A stretch of DNA of 64,000 nucleotides, taken from an uncultured Chloroflexia bacterium. GTDB lineage: Bacteria; Chloroflexota; Limnocylindria; Limnocylindrales; CSP1-4. The notes beneath the pieces were generated by a model that was given only the letters and a program-made list of their open reading frames with translations, made no database searches and had not been told where the DNA came from. The position numbers were made by a program, and so were the translations under genes. Positions 38,909 through 49,303 of this stretch are shown here, piece after piece. The DNA lies in assembly GCA_963766735.1 (NCBI GenBank), contig CAVYBU010000030.1, positions 224,001-288,000 on the forward strand, given 5' to 3'. Position 1 is the first letter of the stretch, and each line of letters opens with the position of its first letter.

Positions 38909-41095
38909 ATGTCGAAGACCATTGCAGCCGCCGCGATCCGCGGCGGCCACGACTATGTGAACCAGGCGGAGACCAGGCTGGCCGAGGTGATGGAATCGCA
39001 GGGCGGTGCGACCCGCCTCGAGTTCCCCAACACCGCGTTCTACCTGCCGCTGATCCTGGCCACGACGGGCATCGAGGTGAAGACCGTCGAGGACGCCCAG
39101 GCGCCGCTGCGCATCGCGAGGAGCCTGCTCCCGCCCGTCCCCACGGAGGACGTCTGGCTGCCCTACCTGGGCGACGCGCTCGACGCGGGGGTCGCGACCC
39201 TCATCGCCCAGGAGGTCATCGAGGCACTGCGCTACACCAACGGAGGCCCTCCGGGCGGGATCTACCTCGGCTTCACCGACGACTCGATTCTCCGGACGCA
39301 GGGCATCAAGCTCGTGGACGGGAGGATGCCCGGGTTCGCCGCCTGCGTGGGTGCGATGCCCACCAACGAGGCCGCGGTCAGCCTCGCCCGGGAGCTCCAG
39401 GAGCGCAACATCCTCGTCTTCCTTGCCAGCCAGACCGGCGGCCGCAGCATGGCCGAGCAGCTGGCCGAGGAAGGCGTGGAGATGAGCTGGGACACGTATC
39501 TCGTGCCCTACGGCAAGGACACGAGCTCCGCCGTCCTCGCCCTCAACTTCGCCGCGCGGGCCGCGATGACGTTCGGCGGCATCGTCCCCGGCGACCGGGC
39601 CAGTGCGCGCAAGATCCTCATGTACAACAAGGAGCGGGTCTTCGCGTTCGTGCTCGCCCTCGGTGAGGTTGACGACCAGAAGTACGCGACCGCCGCGGGC
39701 GCCATCAACTTCGGCTTCCCGGTCATCGCGGACACGGACATCCCCGAGATCCTGCCCAGCGGCATCTGCACCTACGAGCACGTGGTTGCCAACACGGCCC
39801 ACGATCGGATGGTGCCCAGGGCGATCGAGGTGCGCGGGCTCAAGCTCAAGATCACCAAGATCCCGATCCCGGTCTCCTACAGCGCCGCCTTCGAGGGTGA
39901 GCGCGTTCGCAAGGAGCAGCTCCAGGTGGAGTTCGGGCGGGGTGGCCACCCGGCCCTCGAGTACCTGCGCAGTCGAGAGCTGGACGAGATCGAGGACGGG
40001 CACATCGAGGTGGTCGGCCCGGATCTGGACAGCGCCGAGATCGGCGGATCGATGCCCCTCGGCATCCTCATCGAGGTCGCCGGACGCAAGCTCCAGAAGG
40101 ACTTCGAGCCGATCCTCGAGCGCCAGGTGCACCGTTTCGTCAACGGGGCGATGGGCATCATGCACATGGGGCAGCGCGACCTGCCGTGGATCCGGGTCAG
40201 CCAGGACGCCTTCAACGCGGGCTTCCGGCTCCGGGACCTGGGCGTGATCCTGCACGCCAAGTACCTCGAGGAGTACCCCTCCCTCGTTGACAAGGTGTCG
40301 ATCACCCTGATCTCCGACGCCGCCACTCTCGAGCCGATCCTTGCGGAAGCGCGCAAGGTCTGGGACGAGCGCGACGCCCGCGTCGGCGGCATGACCGACG
40401 AGTCGACCGACATCTACTACTCGTGCACGCTCTGCCAGTCCTTTTCCCCGAACCACGTCTGCATCATCTCGCCCGAGCGGCTCGGCCTGTGCGGCGCCTA
40501 CAACTGGCTGGACGGCAAGGTCAGTCACGAGATCAACCCGCTCGGCCCGAACCAGCCGATCGAGAAGGGAGTCTGCCTCGACGCCTCGCTGGGGATGTAC
40601 CAGGGCCTCAACGAGTTCGTCAGCAGCAAGTCGAGCAAGACCGTCGAGCAGGTCAGCCTGTACTCGATGCTGATGGCCCCCATGACCTCGTGCGGCTGCT
40701 TCGAGTGCATCCTGGGGATCGTCCCCGAGGTCAACGGGGTGATCGCCGTCGATCGGGAGTACGGGGGCATGACGCCGTTGGGCATGTCCTTCAGCTCCCT
40801 GGCCAGCATGGTCGGGGGCGGCATCCAGACGCCAGGCTTCCTGGGTGTCGGACGCCTCTTCCTCGCCAGTCGCAAGTTCATCCCGGCCGACGGCGGCCTG
40901 CAGCGCCTCACGTGGATGCCACGTGATCTCAAGGAGGCCCTGCGCGAGAAGCTCCAGGCCCGGGCCGTCGAGATCGGCGACCCGGACTTCGTGGACAGGA
41001 TCGCAGACGAGACGGTGGCAACCACGGTCGACGAGCTGGTGGCCTTCCTCGAGGAGAAGAAGCACCCGGCCCTGACCATGGCGTCGATGCTCTAG
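38909..41095 (+). CDS. acsB: Acetyl-CoA synthase (bacterial type, 728 aa)
   Basis: FPNTAFYLP. A-cluster ligands SCTLCQSF, HVC, LGLCGAYNWLD, MTSCGCFE. Confidence 0.97.
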   Translation: MSKTIAAAAIRGGHDYVNQAETRLAEVMESQGGATRLEFPNTAFYLPLILATTGIEVKTVEDAQAPLRIARSLLPPVPTEDVWLPYLGDALDAGVATLIAQEVIEALRYTNGGPPGGIYLGFTDDSILRTQGIKLVDGRMPGFAACVGAMPTNEAAVSLARELQERNILVFLASQTGGRSMAEQLAEEGVEMSWDTYLVPYGKDTSSAVLALNFAARAAMTFGGIVPGDRASARKILMYNKERVFAFVLALGEVDDQKYATAAGAINFGFPVIADTDIPEILPSGICTYEHVVANTAHDRMVPRAIEVRGLKLKITKIPIPVSYSAAFEGERVRKEQLQVEFGRGGHPALEYLRSRELDEIEDGHIEVVGPDLDSAEIGGSMPLGILIEVAGRKLQKDFEPILERQVHRFVNGAMGIMHMGQRDLPWIRVSQDAFNAGFRLRDLGVILHAKYLEEYPSLVDKVSITLISDAATLEPILAEARKVWDERDARVGGMTDESTDIYYSCTLCQSFSPNHVCIISPERLGLCGAYNWLDGKVSHEINPLGPNQPIEKGVCLDASLGMYQGLNEFVSSKSSKTVEQVSLYSMLMAPMTSCGCFECILGIVPEVNGVIAVDREYGGMTPLGMSFSSLASMVGGGIQTPGFLGVGRLFLASRKFIPADGGLQRLTWMPRDLKEALREKLQARAVEIGDPDFVDRIADETVATTVDELVAFLEEKKHPALTMASML

Positions 41096-41153
41096 CTGAT
41101 CAAGACGCCGGTCCGGGAGCGGACCGGCCAGAACATACCGGAGGCGAACGCAC

Positions 41154-42512
41154 ATGGCGTTGACCGCGCTTGACATCTACAAGGTGCTGCCGAAGACGAA
41201 CTGCGGCGAGTGTGGAGTCCCCACCTGCCTGGCCTTCGCGATGAGCCTGGCCACCAAGAAGGCGGCCATCGACGCCTGTCCGTATGCGACGGACGATGCG
41301 AAGGCGACGCTCGCCGGGGCCGCCGCTCCGCCGATCCGGCTGGTCAGCATCGGCCCCGAGGCCCAGTGCATCGTGATGGGCAACGAGACGGTCCTGTTCC
41401 GCCACGAGGAGACCTTCTACCACCCGACCGCGATCGCGGCCCGGATCCGGACCGACCGCAGCCTGGAAGAGCTGAAGGCGGAGTTCGAGCGCGTCCAGGC
41501 GATGGTCTTCGACCGGGTCGGGCAGTTCGTGCGGGTGGAGATGGTTGCGCTCGAGGATGCCGACGGCGACCCGGGACGCTTTGCCGCCGCGGCCGCCCTC
41601 GCCGACGAGATGGGTCTCGCACTCATGCTCATCAGCGACACGCCGGCGGTCCTGGAGGCCGCGGTGGCGGGCATCTCCGCCCATCGCCCACTCCTCTACG
41701 CCGCCACGACCGACAACTGGGAGGCGATGGCGGCGCTCGCCAAGGCAAGCGCCTGTCCGCTCGTCGTCCGGGGCGCGGACCTCGACGAGCTGGCCGGTCT
41801 CACCCGACAGATCGGCGCCCTCGGCATCACCGACCTGATCCTCGACAGCGGTGCACGCGGCATCCAGGCCACGCTGACGGACCTGACCCAGATCCGGCGG
41901 CTGGCGCTTCGTCGCCAGTTCCGGCCGCTGGGCTACCCCGCGATGGCGTTCGTCACGGCCCAGGATCCCATCGATCAGGTCACCGAGGGGACGGCCTACC
42001 TCAGCAAGTACGCGGGCCTCGTCGTGGTGGACGGGCTCGAGGACTGGCAGGCGCTCGCCATGGTCACGGCGCGCCAGAACATCTACACCGACCCGCAGAA
42101 GCCGATCCAGATCGAGCCCGGCGTGCGCGCCATCGGCAAGCCGGATGCCTCCTCTCCGGTCCTGATCACGACCAACTTCTCGCTCACCTACTTCACGGTC
42201 GAGGCAGACGTGGAGGCCAGCCGCACGGCGGCCTGGGCGCTGATCGTCGACACCGAGGGCCAGTCGGTCCTGACCGCCTGGGCGGCCGACAAGTTCACCG
42301 CCGAGACGATCGCCAAGGCACTGGCCGCGTCCGACCTTGCCGAGCGTGTCGACCACCGGAAGGCCGTCCTCCCCGGCGGTGTCGCCACCCTGAGCGGCAA
42401 GCTGGAGGAGCTGAGCGGCTGGGAGATCATGGTTGGCCCGCGCGAGTCGGCCGGCATGACCATGTTCATGCGCAACCGATGGCGCCAGGCCGAGGCCGCC
42501 GCGACGAGCTAG
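41154..42512 (+). CDS. acsC: Corrinoid iron-sulfur protein large subunit
   Basis: LPKTNCGECGVPTCLAFA...CP; TTNFSLTYF; SVLTAWAA; GPRES. Confidence 0.96.
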   Translation: MALTALDIYKVLPKTNCGECGVPTCLAFAMSLATKKAAIDACPYATDDAKATLAGAAAPPIRLVSIGPEAQCIVMGNETVLFRHEETFYHPTAIAARIRTDRSLEELKAEFERVQAMVFDRVGQFVRVEMVALEDADGDPGRFAAAAALADEMGLALMLISDTPAVLEAAVAGISAHRPLLYAATTDNWEAMAALAKASACPLVVRGADLDELAGLTRQIGALGITDLILDSGARGIQATLTDLTQIRRLALRRQFRPLGYPAMAFVTAQDPIDQVTEGTAYLSKYAGLVVVDGLEDWQALAMVTARQNIYTDPQKPIQIEPGVRAIGKPDASSPVLITTNFSLTYFTVEADVEASRTAAWALIVDTEGQSVLTAWAADKFTAETIAKALAASDLAERVDHRKAVLPGGVATLSGKLEELSGWEIMVGPRESAGMTMFMRNRWRQAEAAATS

Positions 42513-42523
42513 AAGGACGGCCG

Positions 42524-44437
42524 GTGACCCAATCGCACATCACCTTTCTCCCCGACGACCGCTCCGCGGATGTCGGGGAGGGGGAGTCCCTGCTCGACGC
42601 GGCGATAGCCGCAGACGTCCCGCTGGCCGGCGTCTGCGGCGGACGGGCGATCTGCCAGCGTTGCTGGGTCGTGGTCACGGACGGGGAGGTCGTCGCCCCG
42701 CCGGAGGCGCGCGGCTCCGACGGCGAGATCCTCGCCTGCCTCGCGCGGGCGGTGGGGGACGTGACGCTTCGGGTTCCGGAGTCCTCGCGCATCGAAGGCG
42801 AGGAGATCCTCACCGGTCTCGAGCGCCCCGGCGAGCTGCCCGCCGCCGAGGACCGGGTCGCCCACGGGCTGCCCCGAGCGTCCGAGCTGTTCGTGTCGAG
42901 CCCGCTGGCCTTTGCCCTGCCGCTCGACCTCCCCCGGCCAACGCTCCTCGACCCGGTCAGCGACCTGGGCCGCCTGGAGCGCGAGCTGCAGCGGGAGCGC
43001 AACATCCGGAACCTCGCCGTGCCCCTTGATGTCCTGCGCGCGGCGCCCGGGGTGCTTCGGGAGGCCGACTGGGGAGTGACAGCGGTCCTCGCCCGCTCGC
43101 CCGGGGGCTATGAGCTGCTGGATCTCCGCCCGGGAACGGACGCGACGCGGGCCTTCGGCCTTGCGGTGGACATCGGGACGACCACCGTCGTCGTCCACCT
43201 CGTGGACCTGGGGAGCGGGGCAACCCTCGGCGCGGCTGCGGCGCTCAATCGCCAGGTTGCATATGGCGACGACGTGATCACCCGGATCATCCGGGCTGGG
43301 GAGCCCGGCGGGCTCGAGCAGCTGCGGGGGGCCGTGGTCGGCGAGCTCAACGTGCTGGTCGGGAGGCTGGCGCACACCCATGACGTCAGCGGCGACGAGA
43401 TGGTCACCGCAGTGATCTCCGGCAACACGACGATGGCCCACCTGTTCCTTGGCCTGGCACCCGATGAGATCCGGCGCTCGCCGTATATCCCGGTGGCCAC
43501 GCTGCCGCCGGCCCAGCACGCCGGGGCACTCGGGCTGCGGATCCACCCACGCGCGACGGTGACGATGATGCCCGGTGTGGCCAGCTACGTGGGCGGGGAC
43601 ATCGTCGCCGACGTGCTCGCCTCCGGGATGGACACGACCGGCGAGCTGTCGATGCTGATCGACGCCGGGACGAACGGCGAGACGGTCATCGGCAACCGGG
43701 ACTTCCTGATCTGCTGTGCCTGCTCCGCGGGTCCTGCCTTCGAGGGTGGCGGCATCTCGTCGGGGATGCGCGCGGCCCGGGGCGCGATCCAGCGGGTCGA
43801 GGTGACCGAGGACGGTGCGCTCGCCTTCGAGACGATCGGCGGGACACCGCCGCGAGGCATCTGCGGCTCCGGACTGGTCGACCTCCTGGCGGCCATGCTC
43901 CGCGCCGGGTGGGTCGACCGGTCGGCCCGTCTGCGGGCGGACGCGCCCCTCGTCCGCACGGGCCCGTCCGGGCTCGAGCTCGTCATCGTGCCGGCCGAGG
44001 CGACCGCGATCGGGCGGGACATCACGATCAACAATGCCGACCTCGAGAACCTGCTGCGCTCCAAGGCGGCTGTCTACGCCGGGGCCGCGCTCCTCGCCCG
44101 ACGCCTCGGCGTCGAGATGACCGATCTCGAGCGGGTCTACGTGGCCGGCGGCTTTGGCACCTATCTCGACATCCGCAACGCGATCCAGATCGGGCTCCTG
44201 CCCGACGTGCCGATCGAGCGGGTCACCTTCATCGGCAACGGCTCCGTGATCGGCGCCAAGATGGCACTGCTCTCCTACGAGGCGCTGCGCCGGGCCGGCG
44301 ACGTGGCTGCCCGGATGACCTACCGTGAACTCAGCGTCGATGAGGCCTTTATGGATGAGTACGTCTCTGCCATGTTCCTTCCCCACACCGATTGCGGCCG
44401 GTTCCCCCGGGCCTGTGCCGCACTCGGGGCATCCTGA
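42524..44437 (+). CDS. acsV: Reductive activator of corrinoid proteins (RACo, ASKHA domain with N-terminal [2Fe-2S])
   Basis: CGGRAICQRC...LAC; VDIGTTT; SGNTTM; GTNGE; SAGPAFEG; GICGSG; AGGFG. Confidence 0.93.
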   Translation: MTQSHITFLPDDRSADVGEGESLLDAAIAADVPLAGVCGGRAICQRCWVVVTDGEVVAPPEARGSDGEILACLARAVGDVTLRVPESSRIEGEEILTGLERPGELPAAEDRVAHGLPRASELFVSSPLAFALPLDLPRPTLLDPVSDLGRLERELQRERNIRNLAVPLDVLRAAPGVLREADWGVTAVLARSPGGYELLDLRPGTDATRAFGLAVDIGTTTVVVHLVDLGSGATLGAAAALNRQVAYGDDVITRIIRAGEPGGLEQLRGAVVGELNVLVGRLAHTHDVSGDEMVTAVISGNTTMAHLFLGLAPDEIRRSPYIPVATLPPAQHAGALGLRIHPRATVTMMPGVASYVGGDIVADVLASGMDTTGELSMLIDAGTNGETVIGNRDFLICCACSAGPAFEGGGISSGMRAARGAIQRVEVTEDGALAFETIGGTPPRGICGSGLVDLLAAMLRAGWVDRSARLRADAPLVRTGPSGLELVIVPAEATAIGRDITINNADLENLLRSKAAVYAGAALLARRLGVEMTDLERVYVAGGFGTYLDIRNAIQIGLLPDVPIERVTFIGNGSVIGAKMALLSYEALRRAGDVAARMTYRELSVDEAFMDEYVSAMFLPHTDCGRFPRACAALGAS

Positions 44438-44446
44438 GGTGGCGTC

Positions 44447-45211
44447 ATGGCCCAGGTGATCGCGCTCGCCGGCAAGGGCGGTACGGGAAAGACGACCGTG
44501 GCGGGGCTGGTCGTCCGCTCCCTTCGGGCCGCGACCCGGACCCCGATCCTGGCGGTTGACGCCGACCCGAACGCCTGCTTCGACGCTGCCCTCGGGCTGT
44601 ACCCGGAACGGACGATGTCGGACGTCCTCCACGCCAGCAAGGGCCTGCGCGGGGTGCCCGAGACGATGCCCAAGGCGACGTACCTCGAGCTCGAGCTGCA
44701 GGACTGCCTGGCCGAGGGCCGGGGCATGGACCTGATCGAGATGGGCCGTCCGGAGGGAGCCGCCTGCTATTGCTCGGCGAACCACCTCCTGCGCAACTAC
44801 ATGGACCAGCTGATGGGCGCCTACCGGTCGGTCGTCGTCGACAACGAGGCCGGCATGGAGCACCTCAGCCGGCGGACCACCCGGGACGTGGATCTCCTTC
44901 TCATCGTCAGCGACGCCACCGGGGTCGGAATCCGATCGGCGCAGCGGATCCGGGACCTCATCGCGGAGCTCGCCCTCCCGGTGCGCCGGGTGGCGCTGGT
45001 GGTCAACAGGGCCTCCGAGCTTCCGCCGACGGTCGAGACGGCGATCGCGGCGGAGGGGCTCGAGCTTGCCGGCCTCGTGCCCGACGACCCATCTGTCGCG
45101 GAGTTCGAGCTTGCCGGACGCCCCCTGCTCGAGCTCCCCGATGAGGCGCCGGCGGTCCTTGCGGTGGACCGGATGCTGACGGCGTTCGCCGTCGCGGGAG
45201 GACGCGGGTGA
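44447..45211 (+). CDS. acsF: CooC-family nickel-insertion ATPase (AcsF/CooC2)
   Basis: Motifs GKGGTGKTT, DADPN, CYC, DNEAGMEHLSRRT. Confidence 0.9.
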   Translation: MAQVIALAGKGGTGKTTVAGLVVRSLRAATRTPILAVDADPNACFDAALGLYPERTMSDVLHASKGLRGVPETMPKATYLELELQDCLAEGRGMDLIEMGRPEGAACYCSANHLLRNYMDQLMGAYRSVVVDNEAGMEHLSRRTTRDVDLLLIVSDATGVGIRSAQRIRDLIAELALPVRRVALVVNRASELPPTVETAIAAEGLELAGLVPDDPSVAEFELAGRPLLELPDEAPAVLAVDRMLTAFAVAGGRG

Positions 45212-45834
45212 GCACGTACCACGTGGCCTACGACGGGCTCCGCGCCCGGCTGGGCAGCATGGACATGGCTGGGATCGTGGAGCGCAGCGGCGCGCAGGCG
45301 CTCGGGCCGGACCGGATCGGGCTGCGATGCCTTGGCCAGGAGTACGTGATCAAGTATCCCGACGGGCTGGTGCTGGAGGCCGATGGCCAACCGGCACCCG
45401 AGACGGACGCGATCCTGCTCCTTCTCTACCTCACTGAGTCGACTGGCCGGGCCCACGACGGGGAGTGGGTTGCCTTTGAACAGCTTCCCGGTGGTGCGGG
45501 CTACTCCGCCTCCTTCCGGGGCCGCGTCGTGTTCCCGCTCGTGCGTGCCTTCGGGTCGCGCCCGCAGGCGCTCCTGGAGGCGGCCGTGAGCCTCGACGGG
45601 GAGCCAATCCAGCTCGGGGGCGTATCGGTTCGTCTCCCGGCCCTGCCCCGCGTGCCGCTCGCGTACATCGTCTGGGGTGGCGACGAGGAGTTCCCGGCAA
45701 CCGCAAACGTCGTGTTCGACGCCTCGGTCGAGGGCTATCTCGATGCCGAGGCGGTCACCGTCCTGGCCGAGCTTGCAACGCGCCGGCTGGCCGGGGCTGC
45801 CAACAAGTCATCCGAACAAGGAGGAACCAAGTGA
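45208..45834 (+). CDS. DUF3786 family protein
   Basis: ILLLLYL...GEWVAFEQLPGG...LPRVP...W.GDEEFPA..NVVFD. Confidence 0.85.
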   Translation: MSTYHVAYDGLRARLGSMDMAGIVERSGAQALGPDRIGLRCLGQEYVIKYPDGLVLEADGQPAPETDAILLLLYLTESTGRAHDGEWVAFEQLPGGAGYSASFRGRVVFPLVRAFGSRPQALLEAAVSLDGEPIQLGGVSVRLPALPRVPLAYIVWGGDEEFPATANVVFDASVEGYLDAEAVTVLAELATRRLAGAANKSSEQGGTK

Positions 45835-46817
45835 CGGTCGAGTTGATGCGCGAGACCTGGCCCGGGAGGATCATGACCGTCACCATCGGCGCAACGAGCG
45901 CCGACGGCGGGACACGGAGCTCAACGGTCACGATCGGTGGCCACGGGGCCCTGCCATTCATGACCGGCGACGCGCCGAGCCCTTACCCCCCGCTCGTCGC
46001 GCTCGAGGTGCTCGACGCGGTGCCGGAGGACTGGCCTGAGCACCTTCGGGCGTCGCTCGCCGACGTCATCGATTCCCCGGCAGCCTGGGCTCGCAAAGGC
46101 GTCGAGGAGCTGGGCGCCGACCTGATCTGCCTGCGACTCATCTCGACGCACCCCGAAGAGCGGGGCGCGAGTCCCGAGGAGGCCGCCCGAACCGTCCGGG
46201 CCGTGCTCGACGCGGTCTCGGTGCCGCTGATCATCCTCGGCTGCGGCGACCCCGACGCCGACAACGAGCTCTGGCCGCGGATCGCCCAGGAGGCTCGGGG
46301 CGAGCGCTGCCTGATGGGGATCGCGGTCCCGGAGAACTACAAGACTCTGGTCGTCGCCTGCCTGGCCGATGGGCATGCCCTCCTGGCCGAAGGACCGATC
46401 GACGTCAACATCCAGAAGCAGCTCTCGATCCTGGTCAGCGAGATGGGTCTGCCGGCCGACCGGATCGTGCTCCACCCGGGGACGGCCTCGCTCGGCTACG
46501 GCCTCGAGTACGAGTACTCGATCATGGAGCGGATCCGACTTGCCGGGCTCCAGGGCGACAAGATGCTCTCGCAGCCGGTGGTAGCCATCGTTGGTGAGGA
46601 CGCCTGGAAGGCGAAAGAGGCACGTCTGCCCGAGGCGGACATGCCGGCCTGGGGATCGGCGGCCCGTCGCGGTCCTGCCTGGGAGGCGACCACGGCCACC
46701 ACATACCTGCAGGCGGGGGCGGACATCGTCGTCCTGCTCCATCCCGACGCCCTCGCGTCGGTGAAGCGGACCATCAGCGAGCTGACAGCGCGCCCGGCCG
46801 GCGCGACAGAGGAGTAG
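45831..46817 (+). CDS. acsD: Corrinoid iron-sulfur protein small subunit
   Basis: PIDVNIQKQL, LGYGLEYEYSIMERIRLAGLQGD, WEATTA, GADIVVLLHP. Confidence 0.95.
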   Translation: MTVELMRETWPGRIMTVTIGATSADGGTRSSTVTIGGHGALPFMTGDAPSPYPPLVALEVLDAVPEDWPEHLRASLADVIDSPAAWARKGVEELGADLICLRLISTHPEERGASPEEAARTVRAVLDAVSVPLIILGCGDPDADNELWPRIAQEARGERCLMGIAVPENYKTLVVACLADGHALLAEGPIDVNIQKQLSILVSEMGLPADRIVLHPGTASLGYGLEYEYSIMERIRLAGLQGDKMLSQPVVAIVGEDAWKAKEARLPEADMPAWGSAARRGPAWEATTATTYLQAGADIVVLLHPDALASVKRTISELTARPAGATEE

Positions 46818-46819
46818 TC

Positions 46820-47608
46820 ATGTTCATCATCGGCGAACGCATCAACGGGATGTTCCGCTCGGTCGCACGGGCGATCGCCGAGCGCGACGAGGCCGCCATC
46901 AAGGACCTGGCCCGACGCCAGGTGGAAGCCGGCGCCCATGCGCTGGACGTCAACACCGGGCCGACGGAGGGCGACCCGGTCGAGGTGATGCGCTGGCTGG
47001 TCGAGACCATCCAGTCGGTCGTTGACGTGCCGCTGTCGATCGACAGCGCGAAGATCCCGGTCATCGAGGCCGGGCTCGTTGCCGCCCGCCATCCCGCGAT
47101 CATCAACTCCACGACCGGGGCCCAGGCCAAGCTCGACACCCTGCTGCCACTGGCGGCCGCCTACAACGCCAGCCTCATCGGCCTGACGATCGACGAGCGC
47201 GGGATCCCCCGCAACGCGGAGGCCCGGACGGAGATCGCCCTCACGATCGTGGCCCGCGCCCTCGAGGCCGGAATCGAGCCCAGCCGGCTCTACCTGGACC
47301 CGATCGTGCTGCCGGTGAGCGCTGCCCAGGACCAGTGTGCGGCGGCGCTCAAGGCGATCCCGGACTTCAAGTCCCTGTGCGATCCGGCCCCGAAGATCGC
47401 GATCGGCCTCTCCAACGTGTCCCAGGGGACGGCCAACCGGAGCCTGGTCAACCGGACCTACCTGGTCATGGCCATGGCCGCCGGGATCGACGGCGCCATC
47501 CTCGACCCCTTCGACCAGGAGCTGATGGATGGGTTGCGGACGGCGAGCATCCTGCTCAACCAGGACATCTTCGCCGAGAACTACCTCGGGTCCAAACCCG
47601 TAGCCTGA
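46820..47608 (+). CDS. acsE: Methyltetrahydrofolate:corrinoid/iron-sulfur protein methyltransferase
   Basis: MFIIGERINGMF, LDVNTG, IINST, GLSNVSQ. Confidence 0.95.
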   Translation: MFIIGERINGMFRSVARAIAERDEAAIKDLARRQVEAGAHALDVNTGPTEGDPVEVMRWLVETIQSVVDVPLSIDSAKIPVIEAGLVAARHPAIINSTTGAQAKLDTLLPLAAAYNASLIGLTIDERGIPRNAEARTEIALTIVARALEAGIEPSRLYLDPIVLPVSAAQDQCAAALKAIPDFKSLCDPAPKIAIGLSNVSQGTANRSLVNRTYLVMAMAAGIDGAILDPFDQELMDGLRTASILLNQDIFAENYLGSKPVA

Positions 47609-47626
47609 ACCAGAAAGGAACCGGCG

Positions 47627-48091
47627 GTGGCATTCGCGCTCGGGCGAACGGCAGACGAACTGACCGTCGGCGATCGCGCCTCGGTCAGCAAGCTCGTCTC
47701 GGAAACCGACATCCACCTGTATGTCGGCATGACGGGCGACCTCAATCCGCTCTACACGGACGAGAGCTACGCGGCCACCCAGCGCTACCACGGACGCGTC
47801 GCTCCCGGAGCCCTGACCGCAGGTCTGGTGGTCGCGGTGATCAGCACGCGGCTTCCGGGCGCGGGCAGCATCCTCGAGCGCGAGGACCTGCGTTTCACCG
47901 CGCCTGTGCGGCCGGGGGACACCATCACGGCCTTCGCGGAGGTCATCGAGGTGATGGCCCCGCGCGGGCGAGTCCGGATGAGCACCGTGTGCAAGAACCA
48001 GGACGGGGTCGTCGTGCTCGAGGGCGAGGTCGTCGTCCTGCCTCCGGCACCGACGGGACCTGCCCCGGCCGGGTCGCGCGACCCGGCCTGA
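47627..48091 (+). CDS. MaoC/PhaJ-like hot-dog fold protein
   Basis: TGDLNPLYTDESYA, ISTRLPG.G, LRFTAPVRPGDTIT, NQDG. RBS AAAGGA. Confidence 0.85.
   Translation: MAFALGRTADELTVGDRASVSKLVSETDIHLYVGMTGDLNPLYTDESYAATQRYHGRVAPGALTAGLVVAVISTRLPGAGSILEREDLRFTAPVRPGDTITAFAEVIEVMAPRGRVRMSTVCKNQDGVVVLEGEVVVLPPAPTGPAPAGSRDPA
48068..48087. terminator. Perfect 20-bp palindrome gccgggtcgcgcgacccggc at the end of the acs operon
   Basis: Read directly; followed by short imperfect direct repeats at 48145-48200. Confidence 0.4.
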
Positions 48092-48301
48092 CCGGGTCGC
48101 GAGGCGCACACAAGCCAGGCGGGCCGCGGGTCCCGGCGGGTGCCCGTGTCCGCAGGGGCCGGCGTGTCCGCAGGGGCCTGTGCCAGCAGGGACCTGTGCC
48201 AGGCCGTGGCATCGCGCGCCCCTGACTGGTACCCAGGGGGGATGGCGACCGGACCATTGCCCCCGGGATCTCGAGACGCGACCCGCGTAGCGTGTTGCTC
48301 G

Positions 48302-49303
48302 ATGGTCCTGATAGGAGCTCTCCCGTCGCGGCTGCTCGCGCTGATCGCCGGGCCGCGCCGCCTGACCGCCACGGTGGCGCTGGCATTCGCCGTCACCGCC
48401 GTCGGCCTGTTCGCCGTCCCATCGCACGCGCTGGCCTGGAACGAGGGCACCTTCAGCGGCGGATCAGAGTCTCAGCTGATATCGCTGCAGAACCAGGCCC
48501 GAGCCTCGGCCGGCCTGAAATCCCTCAAGGCCTCTGCGGACCTGCGTACGATCGCGCGCTGGCGCAGCAAGGACATGGCGGAGCGGAACTACTTCTCGCA
48601 CACCATCAAGGGCACCAGCCGCAAGGTGTTCTGGTACATGCAGAACAAGTACAACTACTGCTACAAGCTCGCCGGCGAGAACATCGGGACGCTGACCTGG
48701 GAGGGCGCCAGCGAGGAGGACGCCACCAACTGGATCTTCGAGCAGTTCATGAACTCGTCCGGGCATCGGGCGAACATCCTGGGCAAAGCCTGGGACGTGG
48801 TGGCGGTGGGCGCCTACAAGACCAGCGGCAACAAGTTCCTGTGGACTGCGCTCTTCGTCGACTCGTGCTCCTCGGCGCCCAAGGCGACCCCGAAGCCAAC
48901 GCCGAAGCCAACGCCCAAGGCGACCCCGAAGCCAACGCCGAAGCCAACGCCCAAGGCGACCCCGAAGCCAACGCCGAAGCCAACGCCGAAGCCCAGGCCC
49001 AAGGCGACTCCGAAACCGACCCCGAAGGCGACGCCCAGGCCCACGCCGACGGCGACTCCGGAGTCTGCCGCCACCCCGACCGCGGAGCCCACTGTGGCGC
49101 CGGTCCGATCACCAAAGGCCCCGCCGGAGCCGACCGCGACCCCGCGACGCACCGGCGAGCCGCCCGCCCGGCCCGAGACGAGCGGAGGTCGCGGCACTGG
49201 GCCCGTTCCGCACCTCCAGCTCCGGATCGTGGACGAGCCGGTTCACCAGGGCCTGGTGGAGTCGGTCCTGGGTACGGTCACGGCGCCGTTCTTCGGCTGG
49301 TGA
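48302..49303 (+). CDS. Secreted CAP (SCP) domain protein with Lys/Pro/Thr stalk
   Basis: Signal peptide; [20 protein letters not shown]; then ([12 protein letters not shown])n. Confidence 0.88.
   Translation: MVLIGALPSRLLALIAGPRRLTATVALAFAVTAVGLFAVPSHALAWNEGTFSGGSESQLISLQNQARASAGLKSLKASADLRTIARWRSKDMAERNYFSHTIKGTSRKVFWYMQNKYNYCYKLAGENIGTLTWEGASEEDATNWIFEQFMNSSGHRANILGKAWDVVAVGAYKTSGNKFLWTALFVDSCSSAPKATPKPTPKPTPKATPKPTPKPTPKATPKPTPKPTPKPRPKATPKPTPKATPRPTPTATPESAATPTAEPTVAPVRSPKAPPEPTATPRRTGEPPARPETSGGRGTGPVPHLQLRIVDEPVHQGLVESVLGTVTAPFFGW
48877..49045 (+). repeat. 12/36-bp coding tandem repeats (PKAT/PKPT)
   Basis: Read directly. Confidence 0.85.

Noticed and set aside
41210-42523. 1075-aa ORF suggesting an N-terminally extended AcsV
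   Set aside because: The upstream part overlaps acsC in another frame. The real start is GTG 42524 after an AAGGA SD.
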